NCBI GenBank assembly: GCA_905479395.1
Contig: CAJQMI010000033.1
Location: 2,318 to 66,317 of the forward strand
Length of the DNA stretch: 64,000 nt
Reading direction: 5' to 3'
Source of the DNA: an uncultured Flavobacteriales bacterium
GTDB lineage: Bacteria; Bacteroidota; Bacteroidia; Flavobacteriales_D; Sanyastnellaceae
Made by a program: the position numbers and the translations under genes. Within the stretch, counting starts at the first letter, position 1. Every line of letters begins with the position of its first letter. This document shows, in pieces, positions 1 through 8,541 of this stretch. A model generated the notes under the pieces. The model saw only the letters and a list, made by a program, of their open reading frames with translations. It was not told where the DNA came from and made no database searches.

Positions 1-1037
1 TCAAGTTCATTGGTGCCAGTCCTGAAATGATTGAAGCCATGGGTGACAAGGCTTCAGCCAAGGCAACCATGAAAAAAGCGGGTGTACCGACAATCCCAGG
101 AAACAAGGGCATCCTTGCAAATTTGGAGGAGGCGACAGAAATCGCCGTCAAAATAGGCTACCCCGTGATGCTAAAAGCCACTGCCGGTGGTGGTGGAAAA
201 GGAATGCAAGTCTGCCATGACGAAGAAGGACTGGCCGAAGGCTGGGAATCCACCCGTCGTGAAGCTGGCGCTGCTTTCGGAAATGATGACATGTACATGG
301 AGAAGTTCGTGGTTGAACCGCGGCACATAGAAATTCAGATAGCTGCTGACCAACGCGGCAAGGCTTGTCATCTATCTGAACGGGATTGTTCCATCCAAAG
401 GCGTCACCAAAAATTAGTAGAAGAGACACCGTCTCCCTACATGACCGACAAGTTGCGGGAAAAAATGGGCAAAGCTGCCATCAAAGCGGCAGAAGCAGTG
501 AAGTATGAAGGAGTTGGCACCGTTGAGTTCCTTGTGGACGCCAACCGCGACTTCTACTTCATGGAAATGAACACCCGCATCCAAGTCGAGCACACCATTA
601 CAGAAGAAGTCGTCAATTACGACTTGATCAAAGAACAGATCAAATTGGCCGCAGGAGAAAACATCAGTGGGAAAAATTATTACCCGCAGATGCACGCCAT
701 CCAGTGCCGAATCAATGCCGAGGATCCTGAACGAAATTTTGCACCTTGCCCTGGCGTGATCACCGATTATCATGCTCCTGGAGGACACGGTGTCCGGATC
801 GACACGCACGTTTACTCTGGCTACAGCATTCCCCCTTATTACGATTCCATGATTTCAAAGCTCATCGTCGTCGCTCAAACGCGCGATGAAGCCATTCTAA
901 AAATGCAGCGCGCATTGGATGAATACGTAATAGAAGGTGTAAAAACTACCATCCCTTTTCACCAACGGTTGATGCGCCACGAACGATTCAAGAGCGGTGA
1001 TTTCACGACGAAATTCATGGAAGAAGAGACGGTCTAA
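1..1037 (+). CDS. accC: biotin carboxylase subunit of acetyl-CoA carboxylase (5' end cut by window edge)
   Basis: Frame is open from the window edge (..[16 protein letters not shown]..). ATP-grasp glycine loop [25 protein letters not shown] signature. Stop TAA at 1035-1037. Confidence 0.95.
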   Translation, partial: KFIGASPEMIEAMGDKASAKATMKKAGVPTIPGNKGILANLEEATEIAVKIGYPVMLKATAGGGGKGMQVCHDEEGLAEGWESTRREAGAAFGNDDMYMEKFVVEPRHIEIQIAADQRGKACHLSERDCSIQRRHQKLVEETPSPYMTDKLREKMGKAAIKAAEAVKYEGVGTVEFLVDANRDFYFMEMNTRIQVEHTITEEVVNYDLIKEQIKLAAGENISGKNYYPQMHAIQCRINAEDPERNFAPCPGVITDYHAPGGHGVRIDTHVYSGYSIPPYYDSMISKLIVVAQTRDEAILKMQRALDEYVIEGVKTTIPFHQRLMRHERFKSGDFTTKFMEEETV

Positions 1038-1072
1038 TCCGCACCCATTTCAACGCTTTGCAAAGCACTTTC

Positions 1073-1106
1073 AAAAAGCCGCCTCAATCCTGAGTGCGGC
1101 TTTTTT
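1073..1106 (+). terminator. Rho-independent terminator after accC (stem AAGCCGC / GCGGCTT followed by T6)
   Basis: aaaaAGCCGCctcaatcctgagtGCGGCTtttttt. The A-tract upstream and T-tract downstream could allow bidirectional use. The 3' arm lies inside the end of the convergent minus-strand gene. Confidence 0.55.
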
Positions 1107-1578
1107 GCAACATGGCTGTTGTGGAATGTCCTGCGAGAAACGGAATGACTGCAACCTTTCCGCCATATTCAGAAACTTCATGCGCACCAACGATGTAGGA
1201 CGGTGCGTTGAGGTCTCTTGTGGCAGCATCGTAATCTCCTCCTTTTACCAGAACGTCTGGTCGAATTTGCTTGATCAAATCGAGCGGAGTTTCGGTAGAA
1301 AAAACCACCGCTGCATCCACGGAACGAAGCGCCTCCAATACCACCTTTCGTGAACCCTCATCGTTGATCGGACGTTCAGGCCCCTTGCCCAACATGCGTA
1401 CACTCGAATCAGAATTCACACCAACCACAAGGCGATGGCCCAATTTCCGTGCACCCTTCAAATACGTGACATGGCCTGCATGGAGCAAATCAAATACGCC
1501 ATTGGTAAACACAATAATGTCGCCTTCTGACCTCCAACGAGCGAGCATTGTCTCCAGAACCGCGTTTATTGGCTCCAT
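1084..1578 (-). CDS. rfaE2: cytidylyltransferase-fold nucleotidyltransferase, RfaE/HldE domain II-like (D-beta-D-heptose 1-phosphate adenylyltransferase)
   Basis: 164 aa. HxGH nucleotide-binding motif in FTNGVFDLLHAGHVTYL, plus VVGVNSDSSV and LVKGGDY. Colinear with domain II of bifunctional RfaE as I recall it. ATG 1576-1578 directly abuts the upstream stop TAA. Confidence 0.8.
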   Translation of the reverse strand: MEPINAVLETMLARWRSEGDIIVFTNGVFDLLHAGHVTYLKGARKLGHRLVVGVNSDSSVRMLGKGPERPINDEGSRKVVLEALRSVDAAVVFSTETPLDLIKQIRPDVLVKGGDYDAATRDLNAPSYIVGAHEVSEYGGKVAVIPFLAGHSTTAMLQKSRTQD

Positions 1579-2571
1579 TTAGCTTGCTGTTTTCGTTTTG
1601 AGTTCACGGTCCTTGCGTATGCGGAACAACATCAACGCCAAATAAGCGACGCCTCCCGTGACCACAATCATAGCCGTTTGCGTAATCCAAATGACGTTCG
1701 CCACTGCAAAGCCCAATTCTTGCGCATATCCTAGCGCCGAAAATCCAAGCATGACGGCCCAATGATAGGCACCAACACCGCCAGGCGCTGGCATCACCAT
1801 GCCGAATCCTCCTGCAACCATGATGAACAAAGCTTGAGTGACCGTGATACCTGCGACCGAACCAATGGATTTAAAAATGACCCAAGCCATGAGGAAATAC
1901 ATGCTCCAAATGAAGAACGTGTGAAACAGAAACAAACCTTTTCGTTTCATTTGACGAATGCTATTCAAGCCTTCCCACATGCCCTTTAAAAACGTTGCCA
2001 CTTTCTGAGCAAATGGCAACCTCAATAACGCCTCACGCTTGATCCAAGCCACTCCTAAAGCCACCAAAAACAGCCCTCCTCCAATCAACGCATTGGTCGC
2101 ATCCGGCAATTGCGCGCCGGCAACCAAATCAAAGAATGCAGGCAAATTTGCCACAACAGCGATGGTTGTTAGCACCATTAATATGGCAAAATCAACCACT
2201 CGCTCACTGATAACGGTTCCAAATAGCTGGTCCACTGGAATATTATCTGTCTGGTTCAATGCCGCGCACCGCGCCAACTCACCACTCCTCGGAATGAATG
2301 TGTTGGCAAAATAAGCGAAGGTCACGGCGTGCACTGTTCGAATCGGAGAAGGTTTATGCCCCAATGGATCGAGCATGATGACCCACCGCAGACCTCGACT
2401 CACAATGGCCAAGTAGCCCATAATAAATGACACAATCAATCCACTCCAAGAAGCAGAGCGCATGTCATTCCACAAAGCTTCACGGTCCTCAACCATGGAA
2501 AAGGCCATGTAGAAAAGCAAGACACCGATTCCCAAGAATCCCAAATACATCAATACTTTTCGGAAGTTCAT
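1579..2571 (-). CDS. flippase-like polytopic membrane protein (UPF0104 / MprF-TM-like, PF03706-type)
   Basis: 330 aa with about 8 hydrophobic helices. [10 protein letters not shown] motif after the early helices and a Gly/Ala-rich C-terminal half, typical of UPF0104. Start ATG overlaps the panD stop (ATGA at 2568-2571). Confidence 0.7.
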   Translation of the reverse strand: MNFRKVLMYLGFLGIGVLLFYMAFSMVEDREALWNDMRSASWSGLIVSFIMGYLAIVSRGLRWVIMLDPLGHKPSPIRTVHAVTFAYFANTFIPRSGELARCAALNQTDNIPVDQLFGTVISERVVDFAILMVLTTIAVVANLPAFFDLVAGAQLPDATNALIGGGLFLVALGVAWIKREALLRLPFAQKVATFLKGMWEGLNSIRQMKRKGLFLFHTFFIWSMYFLMAWVIFKSIGSVAGITVTQALFIMVAGGFGMVMPAPGGVGAYHWAVMLGFSALGYAQELGFAVANVIWITQTAMIVVTGGVAYLALMLFRIRKDRELKTKTAS

Positions 2572-2921
2572 GATGTCAATTTATTGGTGGTTGTATCCGG
2601 AAACACAAGTTTTGGTTGGTGGGACTTTGCCTCCTCTGGAGTCATGTGACCATAGGCAATGATAATGATCACATCGCCCACTTGCACGCGCCTTGCCGCC
2701 GGACCATTGAGTCCTACTTGACCACTTCCACGTTCTCCAAGAATGGTATACGTTTCGAATCGTTCGCCGTTGTTGATGTTGACGATTTGAACTTTTTCGC
2801 CCTCAAACAAGCCCGCAGCATCCAGCAAATCTGGATCAAGGGTAATGGAACCGATGTAATTCAAATCCGCTTGGGTCACGGTTAAGCGGTGCAACTTGGC
2901 GCGAAGCATGGTAATCAACAT
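2568..2921 (-). CDS. panD: aspartate 1-decarboxylase (pyruvoyl-dependent)
   Basis: [29 protein letters not shown] matches the PanD N-terminus, including the Gly24-Ser25 self-processing site. 117 aa. Confidence 0.95.
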   Translation of the reverse strand: MLITMLRAKLHRLTVTQADLNYIGSITLDPDLLDAAGLFEGEKVQIVNINNGERFETYTILGERGSGQVGLNGPAARRVQVGDVIIIIAYGHMTPEEAKSHQPKLVFPDTTTNKLTS

Positions 2922-2989
2922 GGTGCAAAAGTAAGAAACACTCCTGCATGACAGGTCGTGAATCGTGGGATCTTAGATGATGGAATCAA

Positions 2990-4519
2990 TCAATGAACGA
3001 GAACCCAACGCAACTCCACCCTTCGGTCCGATTGAGAAATGCTTGTTGACCCTTCAGAACCCCTGCCAATGCAAACAATTCGAGCCGAGTCAAAGCCCGA
3101 TAAAACCACCAATTCTTTGGCATGTTCTGCCCGCTCCCTCGATAAGTCGAGGTTTTGATCATCCGAGCCACTGGCATCCGTGTAGCCCGTAATTTCCAGT
3201 TTCCAATCCTGGGGCCAATTTCCCGTCGCATTTTTTGCTTGATTGAGCCATTTTATCAATTCGTATTGATCATTTTCTGCCAACTCAAAACGGGATTTTT
3301 CAAAACGCCCTTGCCAATTCGCCGCTTCAACCTCCAACTGACTAGCATCCCCATCGTGCGGCCTTGGCCAACGGCCGAGCGCATCCAACGGAAGAAGGTC
3401 AAAAACGAATGCAGCACCTCCTTCCATCCGATAACTGCGAATGCGCCTCCAGCCTGTCCAATATTCATCGGTGCATTCTCCTGATGCGCAGCGCTCAAAC
3501 ACGTGGCAGACTGCTCCATCCGGAATAGGTGATGTGGCATTGCGCTGCATCACCTGCACCGACATCGCTGCATCCAATCGAATGTTTCCGATGCTCACGC
3601 GACCGTTTGCGTCTGATTGGCCTGAAAAAACATGCTGACCGCCGCGCTCTTGAATCTCAACATTTAAACCTTGCATCGCGGCGCGTTGAAAACGGAATTC
3701 CATGGCAAATTCTGCTTGATTCTCAAGGGTGTCCAAAAAAGCACTTGCATCTGGACCAACCCACCATAAGTCGATTCCGCTTCCACCCATTCGAGCAGCT
3801 GACAAATAAAAGCCCGAATCGCCGCCTCGACCTGCGGGCACAGCCGCCAATTCGTCACCTACTGAATTCAGTGGCGCGGGAAGGGGTTTGGCCGTTTGGT
3901 AATGATCCTCTCGAAGCGACTGAAACACATCAAATCCACCGCGTCCATTCTCCCGACCATTGGAAGCAAACAACAGGATGCCATCTTGGAAATTTGGATA
4001 CACCTCGTCACCCTCGGTGTTCAATTCTTTCAGCGCCAGGGGCATGCCCCACCCATTCGCGGATTCCTGAGCCATGTACAAATCAAAATCATCCCCTGAT
4101 TCAGCAGCACTCAAAACCAAAACCCCTCGCTCTTCATCAATAGCAACGTGTTGTACCGTTTCAAAACCAGGCCAATTGGCACTCGAAAACGCACGAAGCA
4201 CCAATGAATTCGGTGCCTCAAAGGTCGACCAGCCATTGACGCGATGAGCTTCCCAATCTGTTTTTTCTCGTTGGAACCAAGCGCGGTTGCCTTTGCTTTC
4301 ATTGAATCGATCCGATCGGCTGAAGTAAATCGTTTGGCCGTCCCAGCCAATGAGCACCTCGTCTCCTGCTGTATTCAATGCATCGAGTGGCACGAGTCCC
4401 CAAGCATCCGTCTGAGCCGAAATCAACTGCACCGAGAAACAACTCAGAAGCACCAACGTCAGGAGATGGCAATCACGCCACACAGCCCATAGCCTCGGAA
4501 ATTGGTTGGTTGAGTTCAT
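2990..4519 (-). CDS. OmpA-family peptidoglycan-associated protein with PD40/TolB-like repeats
   Basis: ORF trimmed to ATG 4519, which gives a signal peptide (MNSTNQFPRLW..LLSCFSVQLISAQ). PD40-like repeats are present (TIYFSRSD, FDLYMAQESANGW, GGFDVFQS). C-terminal OmpA_C motif ITGYTDASGSDDQNLDLSRERA...RRVEL. Confidence 0.8.
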   Translation of the reverse strand: MNSTNQFPRLWAVWRDCHLLTLVLLSCFSVQLISAQTDAWGLVPLDALNTAGDEVLIGWDGQTIYFSRSDRFNESKGNRAWFQREKTDWEAHRVNGWSTFEAPNSLVLRAFSSANWPGFETVQHVAIDEERGVLVLSAAESGDDFDLYMAQESANGWGMPLALKELNTEGDEVYPNFQDGILLFASNGRENGRGGFDVFQSLREDHYQTAKPLPAPLNSVGDELAAVPAGRGGDSGFYLSAARMGGSGIDLWWVGPDASAFLDTLENQAEFAMEFRFQRAAMQGLNVEIQERGGQHVFSGQSDANGRVSIGNIRLDAAMSVQVMQRNATSPIPDGAVCHVFERCASGECTDEYWTGWRRIRSYRMEGGAAFVFDLLPLDALGRWPRPHDGDASQLEVEAANWQGRFEKSRFELAENDQYELIKWLNQAKNATGNWPQDWKLEITGYTDASGSDDQNLDLSRERAEHAKELVVLSGFDSARIVCIGRGSEGSTSISQSDRRVELRWVLVH

Positions 4520-5100
4520 CGCTTTGCTTGTTCTTCTTTCCAGGCCTGGCAAACCTCTTGGGCTTCCGCATACCAATCCTCTCCGAAGCGTCGTACCAGG
4601 GCTGTTTTGCAAAAGTCCAGGACATTGGTCTGGCTCGCTGCACCGCAAGATCGAGCGCCATCGCAAATCTTCCATTGGTGCACATTCAAAGCCGAAAAAT
4701 CTTGGAGTTCTTTGATCCGGATCGGATACAAATGACATGAAATTGGCTTGGGCCAATTGGTTTCTCCACGCCGCCATGCCTGCTCAAAAGCGCATTTTGC
4801 CGTGCCGTTCGGGTCAAATGTGGCGTAAACGCATTCCTTGCCATTGATGATGGGCGTCACATAGTCGCCATCTCCATCCACTTCAAACAAACCAACTTGC
4901 TCGATGACCTTCATTGCCTCAGGACGTAAATGCGGTTTGATCACATCAAAAACTTCTTCAATTTTTTCGAGCTCATCCTCCGTCAGTGGTGCTCCACTTT
5001 CTCCCTCCACACAGCAAGCGCCCTTGCATTTGGAAAGGTCACATGCAAACATGGCTTCAAAAACGTCCTCTGAAATCAGTGTATCTCCCAATGCAATCAT
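4516..5100 (-). CDS. Cys-rich DUF3109-family protein
   Basis: Trimmed to ATG 5100 (MIALGDTLISEDVFEAMFACDLSKCKGACC...). About 194 aa with a conserved Cys cluster and ISCHLYPIR. Colinear with DUF3109 as recalled. Stop overlaps the OmpA-family start (ATGA). Confidence 0.7.
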   Translation of the reverse strand: MIALGDTLISEDVFEAMFACDLSKCKGACCVEGESGAPLTEDELEKIEEVFDVIKPHLRPEAMKVIEQVGLFEVDGDGDYVTPIINGKECVYATFDPNGTAKCAFEQAWRRGETNWPKPISCHLYPIRIKELQDFSALNVHQWKICDGARSCGAASQTNVLDFCKTALVRRFGEDWYAEAQEVCQAWKEEQAKR

Positions 5101-5154
5101 GCAAGCGAAATTAAATCGAACAACTCGAACCACCGCAACAAGAACAGGAAGAGT

Positions 5155-5162
5155 TAACTTTG
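5155..5162 (+). promoter_or_regulatory. candidate Bacteroidota -7 promoter box (TAACTTTG = TAnnTTTG) for the radical-SAM operon
   Basis: Perfect match to the TAnnTTTG consensus in the 121-nt divergent intergenic region. No clear -33 TTTG. Lies 60 nt upstream of ATG 5222. Confidence 0.3.
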
Positions 5163-5221
5163 ATACCATGAGGAACGGGTGGCAAAACGGGAATCGTGTG
5201 GTTCGGGATCGATGGCGGCGA

Positions 5222-6211
5222 ATGCAACCGCTTAATGCAAAACGAATCCAAAATGCCTGGGCTTTGCATCAGGGCTATAAGGCCATGCAAAGAGGCAAAA
5301 CAGTTCCTCAAAAAGCTTGGCCAATGAGCCTAAGTGTCGAGCCAACCACTTCTTGCAACTTACGATGTCCCGAATGCCCGTCGGGTTTGCGGTCATTTAC
5401 ACGGCCCACGGGCATGCTGCAAACCGAGTTGCTCGCCGAATTGATGAAAGAAGTTGGGCCTCGCCTGGCCTACCTCAACCTCTATTTCCAAGGAGAACCC
5501 TACCTGCACAAAGGCATGGATGAATTGGTTCGCCTTGGCCGAGAGCATGGGGTTTACACCTCAACTTCTACCAATGCGCACTTTCTGAGGCCTGAGCGTT
5601 GCGAAGCGATTGTTGAATCAGGCTTGAATCGACTGATCATTAGCATTGACGGTACGACGCAGGACACCTATGAATCATACCGCATAGGTGGAAAACTTGA
5701 AAAAGTAATCGAAGGAACTGAAAATATGTTGCGGGCTCGGCGAAATTCAAGGAGCGGACTGCCCCATGTTGTTTGGCAGTTTTTGGTTGTCGGACCCAAC
5801 GAACATCAACTCGATGAAATCGAAGCCATGGCCAAGCAAATCGGCGTGGACGAATTGGTCATCAAAACCGCCCAAATCGACGCTCCAGAAGATGGACACC
5901 CGTTGCTCACAAAAGATCCGAAACTCCGACGATACGACCGTGATGTTGAGGGAACCTGGACCATTCGAAATGCCTTTCGCGATGAATGCTGGCGAATGTG
6001 GCAAGGTTGCGTCATGACATGGGATGGCCGAATCGTGCCTTGCTGCTTTGACAAAGATGCGGAGCATGCCATGGGAACTTTCGGAGAACAATCATTCGAA
6101 AGCATCTGGTTCAGCCCTCAATACGACGCTTTTCGCGCTCAAATTTTTCATGCTCGTTCCAGCATTGAGATGTGCCAAAACTGTTCGGAAGGCAGCCATG
6201 TATATGCTTGA
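5222..6211 (+). CDS. radical SAM protein with C-terminal SPASM/twitch-like Cys-rich domain
   Basis: CxxxCxxC motif (TSCNLRCPECPSG) and FQGEPYL. C-terminal Cys pattern CWRMWQGCVMTWDGRIVPCC...MCQNC. ATG 5222 is preferred and ATG 5168 is possible. The ORF-track extension to 4904 is antisense to DUF3109. Confidence 0.85.
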   Translation: MQPLNAKRIQNAWALHQGYKAMQRGKTVPQKAWPMSLSVEPTTSCNLRCPECPSGLRSFTRPTGMLQTELLAELMKEVGPRLAYLNLYFQGEPYLHKGMDELVRLGREHGVYTSTSTNAHFLRPERCEAIVESGLNRLIISIDGTTQDTYESYRIGGKLEKVIEGTENMLRARRNSRSGLPHVVWQFLVVGPNEHQLDEIEAMAKQIGVDELVIKTAQIDAPEDGHPLLTKDPKLRRYDRDVEGTWTIRNAFRDECWRMWQGCVMTWDGRIVPCCFDKDAEHAMGTFGEQSFESIWFSPQYDAFRAQIFHARSSIEMCQNCSEGSHVYA

Positions 6212-6236
6212 AAGAGGCGAGTAAAGGCTTTAACTT

Positions 6237-7355
6237 GTGGGCATGGCATCTTCCAATACCACCCCATTTCGCTGGCAACGCTGGATTTGGCCTGTGGTGA
6301 TTGGAATTGCATCGACTGTTGCGGTTGCTTGGTGGTGGTTGCGGCAAGAAATCATTGACCCCATCACTCAGCTTCCAATTCACCCACTGGATTTGTTGCG
6401 TTCTTTTTCCTGGAGTACCAGAGCTAGTGCTGCAACCATTGGGTTGCTCATTTGCATCATTTTACGCGATTTGGGCTACATCTACCGGCTGCGTATTTTA
6501 TCTCAAGGGCGAATGAGTTGGCGCCAATCTTTCGATAGCATCATGCTTTGGGAACTCGCTTCGGCCTTGACACCTAGTGTTGTTGGTGGATCTGCAGCAG
6601 CTGTTTGGATCTTAAAACGAGAAGGCATGCGATGGGGAAAAAGCCTCGCAACCGTATTCGCAACTGCATTGATGGACGAACTCTTTTACCTGCTCGCAGT
6701 GCCATTGATGTTTGGCATCGCTGTGCTTTCTGATCATGCCATTTTTCCTGCCATAGCGGCCGATATTGGTGGTGTTGAGGGAAGTCTGGCAGGGCTCTTC
6801 GGCGTGGCCTATGTCTTCATAGGATGCTTGACAAGCATCATTTTCTGGGGCTTGATCTTGCGCCCACAAACCACCCACAAAAACCTCATACGTGGGAGTG
6901 AATGGAAAACCCTTCGCAAATGGAAACCCCGCATCGCCAGATGGGCAGATGATTTATTGGAAGCCTCTGAAGCAATGCGGCATTCCACACGTGCCTTTTG
7001 GGGCAAAGCTTTTCTCGCCACCTGTGCAAGTTGGTGCGCTCGATTCGCAACGCTTAATATGGTGTTTCTAATTTTTTACAGCAGCGTCCCACATGCAGCA
7101 TTGATCGCCCGGCAACTGGTTTTGTGGTTGGTGCTGACCATCAGCCCAACACCTGGTTCTTCAGGTGCTGCTGAACTTGGCTTGTCGGCAGTAACCTCAG
7201 ATCTCATGGGAATCGCATACATGGCTGTTGTTATATTAATCTGGCGCATCGCAACGTATTTCTTATACCTCGTTCTCGGTGCATTCGTGCTCCCGCGATG
7301 GCTCCTGAAGACACGAAATCAGTCACCGCAACGGGAACCGATTGCGGCGGCTTAA
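6237..7355 (+). CDS. flippase-like polytopic membrane protein (UPF0104 / PF03706-type), second paralog in window
   Basis: 372 aa with multiple TM helices. LRDLGYIYRLRIL motif, a Gly/Ala-rich C-terminal half and PTPGSSGAAE, typical of UPF0104. Start is GTG 6237 or ATG 6243. Lies 25 nt after the radical SAM gene. Confidence 0.65.
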   Translation: MGMASSNTTPFRWQRWIWPVVIGIASTVAVAWWWLRQEIIDPITQLPIHPLDLLRSFSWSTRASAATIGLLICIILRDLGYIYRLRILSQGRMSWRQSFDSIMLWELASALTPSVVGGSAAAVWILKREGMRWGKSLATVFATALMDELFYLLAVPLMFGIAVLSDHAIFPAIAADIGGVEGSLAGLFGVAYVFIGCLTSIIFWGLILRPQTTHKNLIRGSEWKTLRKWKPRIARWADDLLEASEAMRHSTRAFWGKAFLATCASWCARFATLNMVFLIFYSSVPHAALIARQLVLWLVLTISPTPGSSGAAELGLSAVTSDLMGIAYMAVVILIWRIATYFLYLVLGAFVLPRWLLKTRNQSPQREPIAAA

Positions 7356-7368
7356 CTTTGACCTAACT

Positions 7369-8538
7369 ATGAAAGCAAACAAACAAATTGGCAAAGGCAC
7401 CCGAGCGGTCCATGCTGGGGTGGAACCGGACCCATCAACCGGGGCGATTATGACGCCAATCTTTCAGACCTCGACTTACATTCAAGAGGCTGTGGGAGTC
7501 CACAAAGGGTGGGAATATTCTCGAAGCTCCAATCCTACACGTGCCGCTCTAGAATCTGCTTTCGCGGAACTCGAAAGTGGAACGCACGGCCTGGCTTTTG
7601 CTTCTGGTTTGGCTGCGATTGATGCGGTCCTCAAGACCTTGAAGCCCGGAGATGAAATCATCGCTGGCCAAGACTTGTATGGCGGTACTGCCCGATTGTT
7701 TCGCACCAATCACGCACCCATGGGGCTGGTCTTTCATTTCATAGACACGCAAAAGCCTGAATTGGTGGAAGCTGCGATGAACGATCGCACCAAATTGGTT
7801 TGGCTCGAGAGTCCGACCAATCCGTTGATGCAAATCACTGACATTGCTGCCATTGCTCGGATAACGAATCCACGAGGTGTGCTTTTGGCAGTAGACAACA
7901 CGTTTGCTTCTCCAATGCTTCAGCGACCATTGGAACACGGTGCAGACATAGTGATGCACTCTGTCACCAAATACATGGGCGGTCACAGTGACGTCGTCAT
8001 GGGTGCATTGATCACCAAGGATGAGACGGTTGACGCTGCTTTGCGCACCATTCAAAACAATTGCGGAGCAATTGCTCAGCCCTTCGATTCATTCCTCGTG
8101 CTGCGAGGTCTCAAGACATTGCACCTCCGCGTTGAAAGACATTGCCTGAACGGCAAGAAAATTGCCCACTGGCTCAAGGCCAATCCAAATGTTGGAAAAG
8201 TATACTGGCCAGGTTTTGAGGATCACCCTGGGCATGAAATTGCCGCGCGCCAAATGGATGACTTCGGTGGCATGATCGCTTTCGAATTGGCCGGAAATAA
8301 CTTGGATCAGGCCATGAAATTTGCAGCCACAACGGAGCTCTTTGCATTGGCTGAATCCCTTGGCGGTGTGGAATCATTGATCGAACACCCTGCGGCGATG
8401 ACACATGCAAGTGTGCCCGCTGAGATTCGCGAAGAATTGGGGATTTCAGATGGCTTCATCCGACTCAGCGTTGGTGTGGAAGATGCTGATGATTTGATCG
8501 CAGATCTCGATCAAGCGATGCGAAAAGTAATGGGTTAA
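7369..8538 (+). CDS. PLP-dependent Cys/Met-metabolism enzyme (cystathionine beta-lyase / gamma-synthase family)
   Basis: GTRAVHAG near the N-terminus. PLP-lysine motif HSVTKYMGGHSDV. ESLGGVESL near the C-terminus. Trimmed from the TTG 7342 ORF to ATG 7369. Confidence 0.9.
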   Translation: MKANKQIGKGTRAVHAGVEPDPSTGAIMTPIFQTSTYIQEAVGVHKGWEYSRSSNPTRAALESAFAELESGTHGLAFASGLAAIDAVLKTLKPGDEIIAGQDLYGGTARLFRTNHAPMGLVFHFIDTQKPELVEAAMNDRTKLVWLESPTNPLMQITDIAAIARITNPRGVLLAVDNTFASPMLQRPLEHGADIVMHSVTKYMGGHSDVVMGALITKDETVDAALRTIQNNCGAIAQPFDSFLVLRGLKTLHLRVERHCLNGKKIAHWLKANPNVGKVYWPGFEDHPGHEIAARQMDDFGGMIAFELAGNNLDQAMKFAATTELFALAESLGGVESLIEHPAAMTHASVPAEIREELGISDGFIRLSVGVEDADDLIADLDQAMRKVMG

Positions 8539-8541
8539 ACG

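Noticed and set aside
2935-2965. Short hairpin CCTG-catga-CAGG between the OmpA-family gene and panD as a possible terminator.
   Set aside because: It has only a 4-bp stem and a poor U-tract on the relevant strand, which is too weak to call.
4520-4777. 86-aa upstream extension of the OmpA-family ORF.
   Set aside because: It overlaps the DUF3109 C-terminus in another frame. The internal ATG 4519 gives a proper signal peptide and a 4-nt ATGA coupling.
4904-5221. N-terminal 106-aa extension of the radical SAM ORF in the ORF track.
   Set aside because: Most of it runs antisense through the DUF3109 coding region, and it is Ser/Thr/Arg-rich with no homology-like features. The radical SAM fold starts after ATG 5222.
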